Assembly: GCA_964496425.1 (NCBI GenBank)
Contig: CAZBZO010000002.1
Location: 66,450-130,449, forward strand
DNA: 64,000 bases
Reading direction: 5' to 3'
Origin: an uncultured Candidatus Saccharibacteria bacterium
GTDB taxonomy: Bacteria; Patescibacteriota; Minisyncoccia; Phycocordibacterales; UBA9973
The notes beneath the pieces are model-generated. The model was not told the origin of the DNA, searched no databases, and saw only the letters and a program-made list of their open reading frames with translations. Below are positions 27,830-38,158 of this stretch, piece after piece. Within the stretch, counting starts at the first letter, position 1, and each line of letters begins with the position of its first letter. A program made the position numbers and the translations under genes.

Positions 27830-28858
27830 ATGCTTAACCCAAATCAAAAACTAAATCCAAATATTTTTGCAGATGATGTAGAGCAGATTCCGATCCGCCA
27901 AGGCTTTGGTGAGGGGCTTTTAGAAGCTGGTACGAAAGACAAAAATGTAGTTGGTCTTTGTGCAGACCTGACTGAAAGTACCAAGATGAATCTTTTTGCC
28001 GACAAGTTTCCTGAGCGGTTTATCCAAGTAGGGGTAGCAGAGCAAAATCTTGTCACGGTAGCTTCAGGTATGGCAGCAATGGGCAAAGTTCCATTTACGA
28101 GTTCATATGCGATGTTTAGTCCGGGACGCAACTGGGAGCAGATCCGCACTACTTGTGCCTACAACGACCGCAAAGTTATCATCGTAGGCTCGCATGCCGG
28201 CATTTCTGTGGGACCAGACGGTGGCACGCACCAGGCCATCGAAGATATGGCTATTATGCGCGCTATGCCTCATATGATAGTCCTTTCACCGTGCGATAGT
28301 ATGGAGGCCAAAAAAGCCACCCTTGCTCTCGCTGACGCAACCAATAGCAAACCAGCCTATATACGTCTCGGTCGCGAAAAAACTCCTATTATGACCACGG
28401 TAGACACGCCGTTTGAGCTTGGTAAGGCACAAATCGTTTGGTCACCAGAGGGCACTTCCGACTCCGCAGAAGGCTCCGTCGTGACAAAGCCGCAAGTGGG
28501 AATTATTGCCACTGGCGCACTTTTGCATAAAGCATTACTCGCTGCGAAAGACCTTGAGAGCGAAGGAACAAAAGTTAAAGTTATGAATCTTGCCACAATC
28601 AAGCCTCTTGATGAAGAAGCAGTCATTGCACTTGCAAAAGAATGTGGAAAAATTGTGACAGTTGAAGAACACCAAATCGCCGGTGGTATGGGATCTGCTG
28701 TGGCAGAATGCCTCGCACAAAACTTTCCTGTACCAATCGAATTTATCGGCGTACGAGATCTCTTCGGTCAATCAGGAACTCCAAAAGAGCTTATTGAACA
28801 CTATGGGATGGGAAAAGATGCGATCAAGAATGCAGTTACTAAGGTTCTAAAACGCTAA
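27830..28858 (+). CDS. transketolase, C-terminal (pyrimidine-binding/C-terminal domain) subunit
   Basis: FGEGLLEAG and CADLTESTKM pyrimidine-binding region. Start re-set to the ATG (MLNPNQ) after the stop of the small ORF. Confidence 0.85.
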   Translation: MLNPNQKLNPNIFADDVEQIPIRQGFGEGLLEAGTKDKNVVGLCADLTESTKMNLFADKFPERFIQVGVAEQNLVTVASGMAAMGKVPFTSSYAMFSPGRNWEQIRTTCAYNDRKVIIVGSHAGISVGPDGGTHQAIEDMAIMRAMPHMIVLSPCDSMEAKKATLALADATNSKPAYIRLGREKTPIMTTVDTPFELGKAQIVWSPEGTSDSAEGSVVTKPQVGIIATGALLHKALLAAKDLESEGTKVKVMNLATIKPLDEEAVIALAKECGKIVTVEEHQIAGGMGSAVAECLAQNFPVPIEFIGVRDLFGQSGTPKELIEHYGMGKDAIKNAVTKVLKR

Positions 28859-28864
28859 TCTAAA

Positions 28865-29218
28865 CTAATTACTGATATTGCGGCACTCCTCACGTAGCAT
28901 TGACAGGACTAGCGAAAAGCTTTCATACCATTCTTCCTTAACTTTTAAATTTGCGAAAAGATTTTGATAGCGTTCAGATTCTCGGTCTAGTTGTTTTGCT
29001 ACTTCCCTCAAGCGTGCTTCACCGACGGTAAGATCATTGTTGTGAACTAAATTTTTAATCCGAATTAAGGATTGATCTAGCTGTCCCTCTATGTTACTTC
29101 TTGATTGTGAGATTTTTTCAAGCTCAATAAAATACTTTTGAATGGTAGCATCGAGCTCACGTAATATGTCCACAAACTTTTTAAGCGGGTTTTGGTTTTC
29201 GAAACTATTTTCCTCCAT
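28865..29218 (-). CDS. hypothetical coiled-coil protein
   Basis: 117 aa, charged heptad-rich, 2 nt downstream of the pfkB-family gene. Confidence 0.4.
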   Translation of the reverse strand: MEENSFENQNPLKKFVDILRELDATIQKYFIELEKISQSRSNIEGQLDQSLIRIKNLVHNNDLTVGEARLREVAKQLDRESERYQNLFANLKVKEEWYESFSLVLSMLREECRNISN

Positions 29219-29220
29219 TT

Positions 29221-30216
29221 CTATATCTCTTTCACCTTATAATCCTCCGGGGCATTTTTGATATATTCTTCAAGCTTCTCCCGAGAGAGAAGACCTTTTT
29301 GTGCACCAACTTGGAGAGTGACCGACATTGCATTGATCGGTGCCCATAGAAGAGCCTCGGCGAAGCTTTTACCAAGTACTAGGGCAGAAGCGAATGTGGA
29401 AGTAAATGCATCTCCGGCGCCAGTACGCTCAAATGGTGCATGTGGATAGACAGGTACAAAGTAAGACTTTTCTCCATCATATGCATAGGCACCTTTGATA
29501 CCGTCGGTAAGCAAAATCTTTTTTGGCCCAATTGCACGGAGCATTTCCATCAGTTTTTTATGGTCTTTTTCTGTACTATTTAAAATACGCTGTGCTTCCT
29601 CGACATTGCAAGAAAAAAGCTCAGTGTGCTCATAAATTGTTTTTGTTTTTTCAATACCGAGCTTCATTTGAAATGTGCCGGGCTGGTAGACCAGTTTGGT
29701 ATTTGGATGGTTTGATAAGTATTCTGCTATTTGTTCGTGATATGGCGCAGAGTTTGACGCAAGGGAAGAAAGATACATCCACTTGGGTTCTGGAAGATCC
29801 ATGGGAAAAGAGTAGGGGAATTCGGTGTGTTTCACTAAGATTGTGCGTTCGACGTCGTACCAAAGGACATAGTGATAGTTGGAAGCGTAGCCGGCTTCTG
29901 TCTTCATATAGTCAGTATGAACACCATTTTTAGTGAGCTCTTCAAGATTGCCGTGGCCGATCAAGTCATCGCCAATGTAGCTCATGAGATAGCTTTTTAC
30001 TCCAAGACGGGCAGCTGATACGGCAGCGTTGGCACTGTTACCTACTGCGCGCATAACTTCAGCAGATTCGTATGGCACTTTGTCGCCAAATCGGACGCAA
30101 AGCTTGCAATGTTCTTGATCAAGATCACACGTAGCTTCAGCGTCTTCGAGTCTGATAAACGGTTCGGTGACAACATCACCGATAGCAACAAATTCTATTT
30201 CGTTTGGTGTATTCAT
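29221..30216 (-). CDS. PfkB-family carbohydrate/nucleoside kinase
   Basis: GAGDAFTSTFASAL ATP-binding signature of the ribokinase/PfkB family. Confidence 0.8.
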   Translation of the reverse strand: MNTPNEIEFVAIGDVVTEPFIRLEDAEATCDLDQEHCKLCVRFGDKVPYESAEVMRAVGNSANAAVSAARLGVKSYLMSYIGDDLIGHGNLEELTKNGVHTDYMKTEAGYASNYHYVLWYDVERTILVKHTEFPYSFPMDLPEPKWMYLSSLASNSAPYHEQIAEYLSNHPNTKLVYQPGTFQMKLGIEKTKTIYEHTELFSCNVEEAQRILNSTEKDHKKLMEMLRAIGPKKILLTDGIKGAYAYDGEKSYFVPVYPHAPFERTGAGDAFTSTFASALVLGKSFAEALLWAPINAMSVTLQVGAQKGLLSREKLEEYIKNAPEDYKVKEI

Positions 30217-30255
30217 ACCCTCTATTTTAGCCTGTATCGCCAGGTTTCCATAGTC

Positions 30256-30284
30256 TTGACTAAAAAGATAAAATAGTGTACAAT
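30256..30284 (+). promoter_or_regulatory. sigma70-like promoter TTGACT-17-TACAAT
   Basis: Near-consensus hexamers about 55 nt upstream of the 30341 ATG, in a divergent intergenic region. Confidence 0.5.
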
Positions 30285-30340
30285 ACTGCCGAAAACTCTA
30301 ACTCTACATACATTTTTTCATCTTTTAAAACAAAAAAACA

Positions 30341-31510
30341 ATGATACAGAAAATCTTTTTACTTGCTCTTTTGGCACAAATGCTGTCAGGAGTGCTTGCC
30401 GCACAGGAAAATGAATACCAGATAATTGATTCTATGCCGAGCATTGCAGGACGTGGCGTAGTAGACATGAAAAGCTTTAGTTATGCTGCTACGGTGGTTA
30501 ATGGTGAGAAGCTTGACGAGGTTTCTATTGGAGAGCTTAAAAATAAGCAGGACTCAATAATTACTGTAAACTCAAAACTTGTGTTTATTTTGCCAAGCCA
30601 TACTGCGAATTACAAAAAACACAGCAGGCCAATGTTTGCTGATTATGCTTTAGTAAAAAATATAAATGGACATTTTATTCTATGGCGTGACGCAAAGGAT
30701 AAAACCGCTGTACCAAGAATATTCAAATATGGAAACCAAGTACCACTACAGGGAAAAAGTATTTCGCTTGAAGATTTTTTAAAGGTAGATAGCGTAGATG
30801 ACAAGCGAATACTCGGAGCTCTGGACTTAGAGAAAGTTATTTTTTATGAAATGATTTTCAAAAAGCCAGGACCCGATCTTGCTATTTGGCAGACTGCTAT
30901 GACGCAATACGATACTGTAGGAGATAAGGTGTACCGAACAATGCGACTAATAAACTTTATTAATGCATCCGATACCGTTGGACTCACTAGTAGAAGTACG
31001 GCAGCATTGATTGAATTGGTACCATCAGTTTGGAGTAATCAGTTGAACAAATTCGTTGCTCTTTCTGAAACTCCATGGAGGAGTAAAGCTAAAACAAAAA
31101 GACTTGCTTTAGACATTGCCTTCAATGCTGATTCAGAAAATCCTCCAAAGAGTAAAGGTAGGGATAAATCTTCTGATAAATCACAAGGTGGTGAAAAAGA
31201 TAAAGATGAAACAATAGTCCCAATCCAACTGATTGAAGCAAAAAGTAATTCTTTTATCGTTAAGATTGATCCTGTACAGAAGGCCAAAAGTTATATAGTC
31301 ACCATAGCCACTGACGAAGATATGAAAAATAAAGTGTCAGATCAAAAAGCACAAGGAATGTTGAATAGAGTATCTCTTAATGAGGAAAATGGTAAAAAAA
31401 TAATAGCGAACACTACTTACTATATTCAATACAAAGGATACTCAGGAGATGAAGGATCGGGAGATCTTGTTTTTACAAGTGATGTCTATACCATCAAAAG
31501 TGGAAAATAA
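30341..31510 (+). CDS. hypothetical secreted protein
   Basis: Cleavable-looking signal peptide (LLALLAQMLSGVLAAQ), 389 aa, lysine-rich low-complexity middle region. Confidence 0.5.
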   Translation: MIQKIFLLALLAQMLSGVLAAQENEYQIIDSMPSIAGRGVVDMKSFSYAATVVNGEKLDEVSIGELKNKQDSIITVNSKLVFILPSHTANYKKHSRPMFADYALVKNINGHFILWRDAKDKTAVPRIFKYGNQVPLQGKSISLEDFLKVDSVDDKRILGALDLEKVIFYEMIFKKPGPDLAIWQTAMTQYDTVGDKVYRTMRLINFINASDTVGLTSRSTAALIELVPSVWSNQLNKFVALSETPWRSKAKTKRLALDIAFNADSENPPKSKGRDKSSDKSQGGEKDKDETIVPIQLIEAKSNSFIVKIDPVQKAKSYIVTIATDEDMKNKVSDQKAQGMLNRVSLNEENGKKIIANTTYYIQYKGYSGDEGSGDLVFTSDVYTIKSGK

Positions 31511-31526
31511 GTAGTTTGATATTTGC

Positions 31527-31558
31527 AGAAGGCGTTTCGTTAGAAGCGCCTTCTTTTT
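31527..31558 (+). terminator. intrinsic terminator
   Basis: agaaggcg...cgccttct stem followed by ttttat. Confidence 0.5.
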
Positions 31559-31583
31559 ATTTTATAAATGCTATAATTTCCCC

Positions 31584-33287
31584 ATGAAAGAAGAAATTAT
31601 GAAGTTTTTCAAGGGCGATATTGCTGATGACGACAACACACTTTTAGCCTATTCGCACGATGCAAGCTTGTTTGAAGTCCGTCCAAAGCTTGTGCTTTTT
31701 GCCAAAGATTCTCTTGATATTCAAAACCTCGTGAAATGGGCAGGGGAGGCAAAATCACGCTATTCCGACCTATCTATTACTGTCCGCGCAGCCGGTACCT
31801 GCATGTCTGGTGGTCCACTCAATCATTCAATCATCCTCGATACCAACAAATACATGAATGCCATAAAAAGCGTTCGCAAAGTGGATCCATACATGATCAA
31901 ACCACTTTTCCCAGGCAGTGTACCTGTCGAGATAGTGGGGGAAGCTATTGTAGAGCCTGGATGTTTTTATCGAGATTTTGAAGCAAGCACACTCAAGCAA
32001 GAGCTCTTGCTTCCATGTTTTACCGCTTCAAAAAGTATTAATGCCGTCGGCGGCATGGTTGGTAACAATTCAGCCGGCGAGCTGACGCTTCGCTATGGCA
32101 AAACAGAAGATTATGTTTCGCAACTTAAAATTGTCCTTGCTGATGGCAACGAATACACGGTAAAGCCACTTACAGAAAGTGAATTTCAATTAAAGATTAC
32201 TCAAAAGGATTTTGAAGGCAATCTGTATCGTTCGCTGTACGATCTTTTGCGAAAAAACCAGGAGCTTTTGGAGAATGCTAAGCCAAATGTTTCCAAAAAT
32301 TCTGCTGGCTACTATCTTTGGAATATTTTAGGGAAAAATCAAAACGGGGAAACTATGTTTGACGTCTGCAAGCTCATTGTCGGATCGCAGGGTACGCTTG
32401 GTATTGTGACTGAGATCACATTTCGTTTGATCGAAACACCTAAAAATATGAAACTTGCAGTCGTATTTCTTAAAGATTCAAAAAATCTTGGTAAAATTGT
32501 TGACGAGATTCTTCTCAGTCATCCGATTTCAGTCGAATCCTATGATGATAAGACTTTCAAGCTCGGAGTACGCTTTTTTCGCGACTTCGTACATGCGAAA
32601 GGTGTATGGGGAGCGCTTCGTTTTGGACTTTCATTTATGCCTGAGTTTGCTATGAATCTTTTTGGTGGTATTCCAGCGTTAATACTTTTGGTAGAGTATG
32701 ATGGAAAAACACCCGGAGAAGTAGATGCAAAGTGTAAAGCACTAAAAACCAGTCTGGCCGCGTTTCCTGTCAAAATTCATATCACTAAAAATCCAAGAGA
32801 GAGCGAGAAGTATTGGACATTTAGACGTGACAGTTTTGCACTTCTCCGAAAGCATGTGGCGCATATGCGCACCGCACCTTTTATCGATGACATCATAGTC
32901 AACCCGGAGTTTCTACCTGACTTTCTGCCTAAAATTAATGCCCTCGTGCAACAGTATCCTGATCTCACCTATACTATCGCTGGTCATGCCGCAAACGGTA
33001 ATTTCCATATTATTCCATTAGTACCTGAACACGACACTGATCTCAAAGAGACGGTGCTGGAGCTTTCTAAAAAAGTCTATGATTTGGTGTTGTCATACAA
33101 AGGCTCGATAACAGCAGAGCATAACGACGGCATTATTCGCACTCCATTTTTAAAACAAATGTATGGCGAAACTATTTGCGCTCTTTTTGAAGCAACCAAG
33201 AAAATATTTGATCCGTCGGTCATTTTCAATCCTGGTAAAAAAGTTGGTGGTACCGAAGCAGACCTTGTAAACGCTTTTAAGCCCTAA
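31584..33287 (+). CDS. FAD-linked oxidase (PCMH-type FAD-binding, GlcD/D-lactate dehydrogenase-like)
   Basis: FAD_binding_4-like N-terminal region (ITVRAAGTCMSGGPLN) and a large C-terminal oxidase domain. 567 aa. Confidence 0.7.
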   Translation: MKEEIMKFFKGDIADDDNTLLAYSHDASLFEVRPKLVLFAKDSLDIQNLVKWAGEAKSRYSDLSITVRAAGTCMSGGPLNHSIILDTNKYMNAIKSVRKVDPYMIKPLFPGSVPVEIVGEAIVEPGCFYRDFEASTLKQELLLPCFTASKSINAVGGMVGNNSAGELTLRYGKTEDYVSQLKIVLADGNEYTVKPLTESEFQLKITQKDFEGNLYRSLYDLLRKNQELLENAKPNVSKNSAGYYLWNILGKNQNGETMFDVCKLIVGSQGTLGIVTEITFRLIETPKNMKLAVVFLKDSKNLGKIVDEILLSHPISVESYDDKTFKLGVRFFRDFVHAKGVWGALRFGLSFMPEFAMNLFGGIPALILLVEYDGKTPGEVDAKCKALKTSLAAFPVKIHITKNPRESEKYWTFRRDSFALLRKHVAHMRTAPFIDDIIVNPEFLPDFLPKINALVQQYPDLTYTIAGHAANGNFHIIPLVPEHDTDLKETVLELSKKVYDLVLSYKGSITAEHNDGIIRTPFLKQMYGETICALFEATKKIFDPSVIFNPGKKVGGTEADLVNAFKP

Positions 33288-33295
33288 GGCTAAAA

Positions 33296-34303
33296 CTAGG
33301 CTCGTGTCCAAAGATCACTGACTGAATCTGAGTTGTGGAGATTGTCGACGATTTGTGCGAGCAACCGTGATACGGAAATAACACACAATTTTTTCCCGGA
33401 TTTTTTCACGGCTTCAATAAAAGTTTTAGGCACTGGCACGGTATCAGTAACCCAAATTTCTTTAAACTTCGATTCTGTCATGTTCTCGAGTGTTTCGTCG
33501 CCAAAATCTGCATGGGTTGCGGCTGCATAAAAATTTTTGATCCGCGGATGCTCTTTGTAGACGGCATCAGCTGCTTTTCGAAGTGTGCCAAATGTACTAA
33601 TAAGATCATCCACAAATACCACATCTTTTATTTTGTCTGAAATAGTACCGTAGGTATACACCTTCATTACTGTTGTATTTCCGTTTTTTAAATCTCGCTC
33701 CTTGTCAGCAATGATAATTGGAGTACCAAGTTTGTTTGCGATCTTGCGACAATATTTTGCTCCCCCCATATCGCCAGTTGCGATAGCGACTTCGGAAAGA
33801 TTTGGGAAACGTTTTTTTATTTCGTGTATGATGAGCGGTGTGGTATCGGCATTTTCCATCGGAGGGTTTTCAGTGCGGCTGGCTGGGTTGTGGAGTTTGC
33901 ACACAACGAGATGGTCCGCTCCAGCTGCTTTTAAAAGATCAGGAAAAAAGCTTACCATAGGAGGCTCGCGATCTTCGAGATTTTCGACATCTTGCCGTTG
34001 GTGAGGGAGTTTTGGTAAAACAACTGTTATTTTATGGGGTCCTCGTGCTTTGATCGCACGAATAAAACGCAAGTAATCCATAAGCCAATAATCAATATTG
34101 CCACCACATTGGCTCGTGAATATTACAAAAACATCTCGTCCACGTACTGTTTCCAATTGATGTGGCATCCGTTCGCCATCAGGAAATAGTTTGGTTTCAT
34201 GCGTGGCTGGTCGCTCTTTCAATAATTTAGCAATCGTATCTCCTAAAGTAGTATCGCTGCCAAACACAAAAATTTGTTTTGGGTAGGGGTGTTTGATATT
34301 CAT
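33296..34303 (-). CDS. prs: ribose-phosphate pyrophosphokinase
   Basis: Two PRTase-type domains, VVDDLISTFGT PRPP-binding loop, 335 aa. Confidence 0.8.
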   Translation of the reverse strand: MNIKHPYPKQIFVFGSDTTLGDTIAKLLKERPATHETKLFPDGERMPHQLETVRGRDVFVIFTSQCGGNIDYWLMDYLRFIRAIKARGPHKITVVLPKLPHQRQDVENLEDREPPMVSFFPDLLKAAGADHLVVCKLHNPASRTENPPMENADTTPLIIHEIKKRFPNLSEVAIATGDMGGAKYCRKIANKLGTPIIIADKERDLKNGNTTVMKVYTYGTISDKIKDVVFVDDLISTFGTLRKAADAVYKEHPRIKNFYAAATHADFGDETLENMTESKFKEIWVTDTVPVPKTFIEAVKKSGKKLCVISVSRLLAQIVDNLHNSDSVSDLWTRA

Positions 34304-34415
34304 GTAAGTATTTTCGTACCAAAAGAGTATATCATATCATCTAAAAATCAATGCCCATTTCGGGTAGATATCCGTTGACTCAAAGGTTCTTCTTTGATAT
34401 ACTCCCAAAACCAAT

Positions 34416-35069
34416 ATGTTAACCCTGAAAGCAGACATACGAGATCCCAAGGTAAATCTTGCAGATCTTCGAAAGAGCGGCAAAATGCCGGCTGTTTTTT
34501 ATGGACTCAAAAAGACCTCCACTGCGATTAGTCTTTCACAGAGCGCATTTCAAAAAGCTTGGAAGGAAGCCGGTGAATCTACGGCTATTTCACTTGAAAC
34601 CCCCAACGGTACCCTTGACGTGATGATTCATGATGTCAACATCGACCCTATGAAAGGCCGTCCGATACATGCTGATTTTCTCGTGATTGATACTTCGAAA
34701 GCTATTGAAGTCGGTGTGCCGCTTGAATTCGTCGGTATATCAGAACCTGTCAAAAACGGCAGTGGTATTCTGGTCAAAGTTATGCACGAACTTGAAATTA
34801 GCGCACTTCCAAAAGACCTACCGCATTCAATTGAGATTGATATCAGTGTTATGGGTGCTATCAACGACCAGATCACCGTGGAAGATATCAAACTTCCTCA
34901 CGGCGTCACTGCGATTACAAAACTCACCGAAGTTGTGGCCCTGATCTCTGAAGCAAAAGAAGAAAAAGAAGAAGACGTAGCGCCGGTGGATCTCTCTGCG
35001 ATTGAAGTAGAGAAAAAAGGTAAAAAAGAAGAAGATGCTGTTCCTGAAGATGACAAAAAGGCCTCCTAG
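34416..35069 (+). CDS. rplY: 50S ribosomal protein L25 / general stress protein Ctc (long form)
   Basis: L25 N-terminal beta-barrel region (PAVFYG) plus an acidic C-terminal extension. Confidence 0.85.
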   Translation: MLTLKADIRDPKVNLADLRKSGKMPAVFYGLKKTSTAISLSQSAFQKAWKEAGESTAISLETPNGTLDVMIHDVNIDPMKGRPIHADFLVIDTSKAIEVGVPLEFVGISEPVKNGSGILVKVMHELEISALPKDLPHSIEIDISVMGAINDQITVEDIKLPHGVTAITKLTEVVALISEAKEEKEEDVAPVDLSAIEVEKKGKKEEDAVPEDDKKAS

Positions 35070-35082
35070 AGGCCTTTTTTCT
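35056..35082 (+). terminator. intrinsic terminator
   Basis: ggcctcctagaggcc hairpin followed by tttttt. Confidence 0.6.
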
Positions 35083-35137
35083 AAGTCCAAATAAAAGACC
35101 GTAACATCAATCGTTCTCACACGTCTTATATGGTACA

Positions 35138-36568
35138 ATGTATCTTATGAGAAATCGTTTTTTTGCGTATATGTTGCTCATCGTGATGGCTGTGGGCCTT
35201 GTTATTTCTTCTGTTGGTATTCCTGCACTCGCCCAAACCACTTCTGGCACACAATTGCAAAGTGCTGAACAACAAAAAGCAGCACTTCAAGCAGAGCTCG
35301 CAGGTCTTGAAAAAGAAATTGCCGAGAAAGAAGCGTTGTTAAAGCTGCAGCAAAACCATTCAGGTACACTCTCGGGTGAAATCGCCGCGCTGACTACTCA
35401 AATCAATAAAAAAAAGCTCGATATTAAAGCAAAAAATCTTGTTATTCAACAGCTGGGCGGTGAAATCACTGAAAAAGGTAAAACCATCCGATCACTGGAA
35501 GAAAAAATCGCTATTGAAAAGGAATCTCTGGCACAATTGATACGCAAAACCAACGAAATCGACAAGCATCCGTTGATCCATATTGTCATGTCGAGCACCA
35601 ATTTGTCGGATTTTTACAACGATGTTGCTGCGTACAATTCTTTGAAGGCATCAGTCAATGATTCGGTCAATGAAATTAAGGGAGTTAAGCAAGTGACGCT
35701 GACCGAAAAAGAGCAACTTGAGAAAAAACAAAGTGAAGAAATGGACGTCAAAGCTGCACTTGAAGATGCGCAGCGCACCGTAGAAAAAGATCAAGCCAAT
35801 CAGAAACAACTTCTTTCAATCAGTAAGAACAAAGAAACAGAATACAAAGCGTTGGTTGCAGAACGTCAGAAAAAAGCTGCCGAGATCCGTACGCGGCTAT
35901 TCCAGTTTTCAAGTGGCGCTGCTGTGCCGGCAATACAATTTGCTGATGCAGTACGGTATGCTGACGTGGCTTCAAAAGCTACCGGTGTTCGTAGCGCTCT
36001 CATCTTAGCTATTGTGAAGCAAGAAACTGATTTTGGAAACAATACTGGATCTTGTTATCTCACAAATCCAGTGACGGGTGCAGGAGCAGGTGCCAATACA
36101 GGGTCTCCATTTCCAAATGTTATGAAGCCAACACGCGACGTAGCTCCATTTTTGGAAATTATGCAAGGACTTGGCCGTGATCCATACAAAACACGCGTAT
36201 CCTGTCCGGTTGGAGCAACATTCGTCAATACAACAGTGGGGTATATCAATCCTTTTGGGTATGGAGGCGCCATGGGCTATACGCAGTTTATTCCTTCTAC
36301 CTGGAAGCTTTTCCAATCTCGAGTGGCCGCTGCTGTGGGCAAGGCAGTTCCAGATCCTTGGGTAGCAACTGATGCTTTTGCCGCTACAGGGTTATATCTA
36401 AAAGACTTAGGTGCAGGTGCTCAAACATATTCTGCAGAAATTGGTGCTGCCTGTAGATATTATGGTACTGGAGGAACTACCTGTGCCTATGGAAAAAGTG
36501 TTATGGCGATCGCTCAAGGGCTCCAGGACGACATAGATTATGTCAACCAGTACGGAGTTGCAAAATAA
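35138..36568 (+). CDS. membrane-anchored coiled-coil protein with C-terminal MltB-like lytic transglycosylase domain
   Basis: N-terminal TM and a long coiled coil of about 250 aa. C-terminal [14 protein letters not shown]...[10 protein letters not shown] motifs match the MltB/SLT family (G-x-MQF-x-P-x-TW). Extended -10 tgnTACAAT lies 8 nt upstream. Confidence 0.65.
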   Translation: MYLMRNRFFAYMLLIVMAVGLVISSVGIPALAQTTSGTQLQSAEQQKAALQAELAGLEKEIAEKEALLKLQQNHSGTLSGEIAALTTQINKKKLDIKAKNLVIQQLGGEITEKGKTIRSLEEKIAIEKESLAQLIRKTNEIDKHPLIHIVMSSTNLSDFYNDVAAYNSLKASVNDSVNEIKGVKQVTLTEKEQLEKKQSEEMDVKAALEDAQRTVEKDQANQKQLLSISKNKETEYKALVAERQKKAAEIRTRLFQFSSGAAVPAIQFADAVRYADVASKATGVRSALILAIVKQETDFGNNTGSCYLTNPVTGAGAGANTGSPFPNVMKPTRDVAPFLEIMQGLGRDPYKTRVSCPVGATFVNTTVGYINPFGYGGAMGYTQFIPSTWKLFQSRVAAAVGKAVPDPWVATDAFAATGLYLKDLGAGAQTYSAEIGAACRYYGTGGTTCAYGKSVMAIAQGLQDDIDYVNQYGVAK

Positions 36569-36593
36569 ATATTTCGTGCTACTATACACAGAT

Positions 36594-36815
36594 ATGAAAA
36601 AAGACGTACATCCGAAATATTTTCCTGCTGCCAAAGTGACCTGCGTATGCGGTCAGGTATTTTCTGTTGGCTCAACGCTTGAAGATTTTACTGTTGAAAT
36701 CTGCAGTGCGTGCCACCCATTTTATACAGGCAATGAAAAAATACTTGATACTGCTGGACGCGTAGACAAATTCAAAAAGCGCAAAGTTGCTTCTGATCTC
36801 AAAAAAGCTAAATAG
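36594..36815 (+). CDS. rpmE: 50S ribosomal protein L31
   Basis: MKKDVHPKY start and zinc-binding CVCG...[10 protein letters not shown]. Confidence 0.85.
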   Translation: MKKDVHPKYFPAAKVTCVCGQVFSVGSTLEDFTVEICSACHPFYTGNEKILDTAGRVDKFKKRKVASDLKKAK

Positions 36816-36895
36816 CGAATCTTACAAAAGTCGCTCTATCTCGGGCGGCTTTTGTATTGTACGTGAGTTTGAGTTATGCTGAACTAGGTAAATAT

Positions 36896-37867
36896 ATGTC
36901 ATTTGATTTAGAAGAAACAAAAAAGAACTACAAAACGACTTATCTCGCCGAACAATACGAGCATCTTCTGCGTGAAGAAGAAAAAGTACAAAGCTTACTG
37001 ACAAGTGACCCTTCCATGGAAGAACTTGCGGCGGAAGAGCTTGGAACTATTCGCGAACAAAAAGAAGCCATTGAGCGACAAGTAGAAGAGATACTTAAAA
37101 GCGAAGAAGTCGCTGAGGAATTTCCCAACGAAATCATTCTTGAAGTCCGTGCTGGCGCGGGAGGGGATGAAGCATCGCTTTTTGCCCGTGAAGTTGCCGA
37201 AATGTATACCAAGTACGCAGACAAAGTGGGTTGGGAATGGAAGACACTCTACGAATCAGAAAGTGCCGCCGGCGGCTACAAAGAAGCTTCGTTTGAAATC
37301 CATGGACGTGAAGCCTACAAAAAAATGCGCTTTGAAACAGGAGTGCATCGTATTCAGCGCATCCCGGCCACAGAAAAAAACGGCCGCATCCACACTTCGA
37401 CTGCGTCAGTGGCCGTGCTTCCGATCCGCAAGAAAGTAACCGTGGAGATCAATCCAGTGGACTTGGAAATGGAATACTCACGCTCGGGTGGTGCTGGTGG
37501 ACAAAACGTCAACAAAGTAGAAACAGCAGTGCGGCTCATCCACAAGCCGACCGGTATTGATGTGCGTTCTACGAGTGAGCGTAGCCAGCTCAAGAATCGC
37601 GAAAAAGCTATGTCGATTCTTTTGGCCAAACTCCAACAGCTCAAAGAAGAGGAAGAAGCTAAAAAATATTCTGCAGATCGTAAAAGCCAAATCGGCACGG
37701 CTGATCGCAGCGAGAAAATCCGTACCTACAACGGCCCCCAAGATCGCGTGACTGATCATCGTATCAAACAATCCTGGCACAATTTGCCTGGCATATTTTT
37801 AGGCAACATCGACCCAATCATTGAAGCGCTTGAATCTGGGACAGTCGGGGAAGTGGAGGAGGAATAG
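36896..37867 (+). CDS. prfA: peptide chain release factor 1
   Basis: GGQNVNK hydrolysis motif and RIPATE tripeptide anticodon motif (PxT, RF1-type). Start re-set from TTG to ATG. Confidence 0.9.
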   Translation: MSFDLEETKKNYKTTYLAEQYEHLLREEEKVQSLLTSDPSMEELAAEELGTIREQKEAIERQVEEILKSEEVAEEFPNEIILEVRAGAGGDEASLFAREVAEMYTKYADKVGWEWKTLYESESAAGGYKEASFEIHGREAYKKMRFETGVHRIQRIPATEKNGRIHTSTASVAVLPIRKKVTVEINPVDLEMEYSRSGGAGGQNVNKVETAVRLIHKPTGIDVRSTSERSQLKNREKAMSILLAKLQQLKEEEEAKKYSADRKSQIGTADRSEKIRTYNGPQDRVTDHRIKQSWHNLPGIFLGNIDPIIEALESGTVGEVEEE

Positions 37868-37911
37868 AATAAATTTCTAAAACATAGACCTAAGCATATT
37901 CACAAAGTGGG

Positions 37912-38158
37912 TTGACAAGCAGGTCGTATGGGAAGATACTAGTGTTAATTTATTGTTCACCAAAAACTTTTCGAACATGAAAAGAAAAAATTCAGTACGT
38001 GGTCCGGATGCACAAAGTTCTGCATCCTGCAAGCAAAGTAAACTGAAAGAAGAAAAAGGTTTAACTTTGTTTACCATCAGTCAAAATCATCCACATTAGG
38101 TGGTATTGGGCACAGCGTAGGGGGAACACTTCATTGTGTTTCCCCTAAATTTTTATTT
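37912..38158 (+). ncRNA. candidate small RNA transcription unit (promoter TTGACA-17-GATACT to hairpin terminator)
   Basis: About 430-nt non-coding gap between prfA and the RRM gene. Near-consensus -35, internal hairpins (ggatgca-caaagttc-tgcatcc), and a terminal ggggaacac-ttcatt-gtgtttcccc stem followed by TAAATTTTTATTT. Strand assumed from the promoter and terminator. Confidence 0.3.

Noticed and set aside
37877-38077. 66-aa minus-strand ORF in the prfA-RRM gap
   Set aside because: No motif, opposite to the promoter and terminator orientation, and low coding-like character. The region is more plausibly an sRNA locus or leader.
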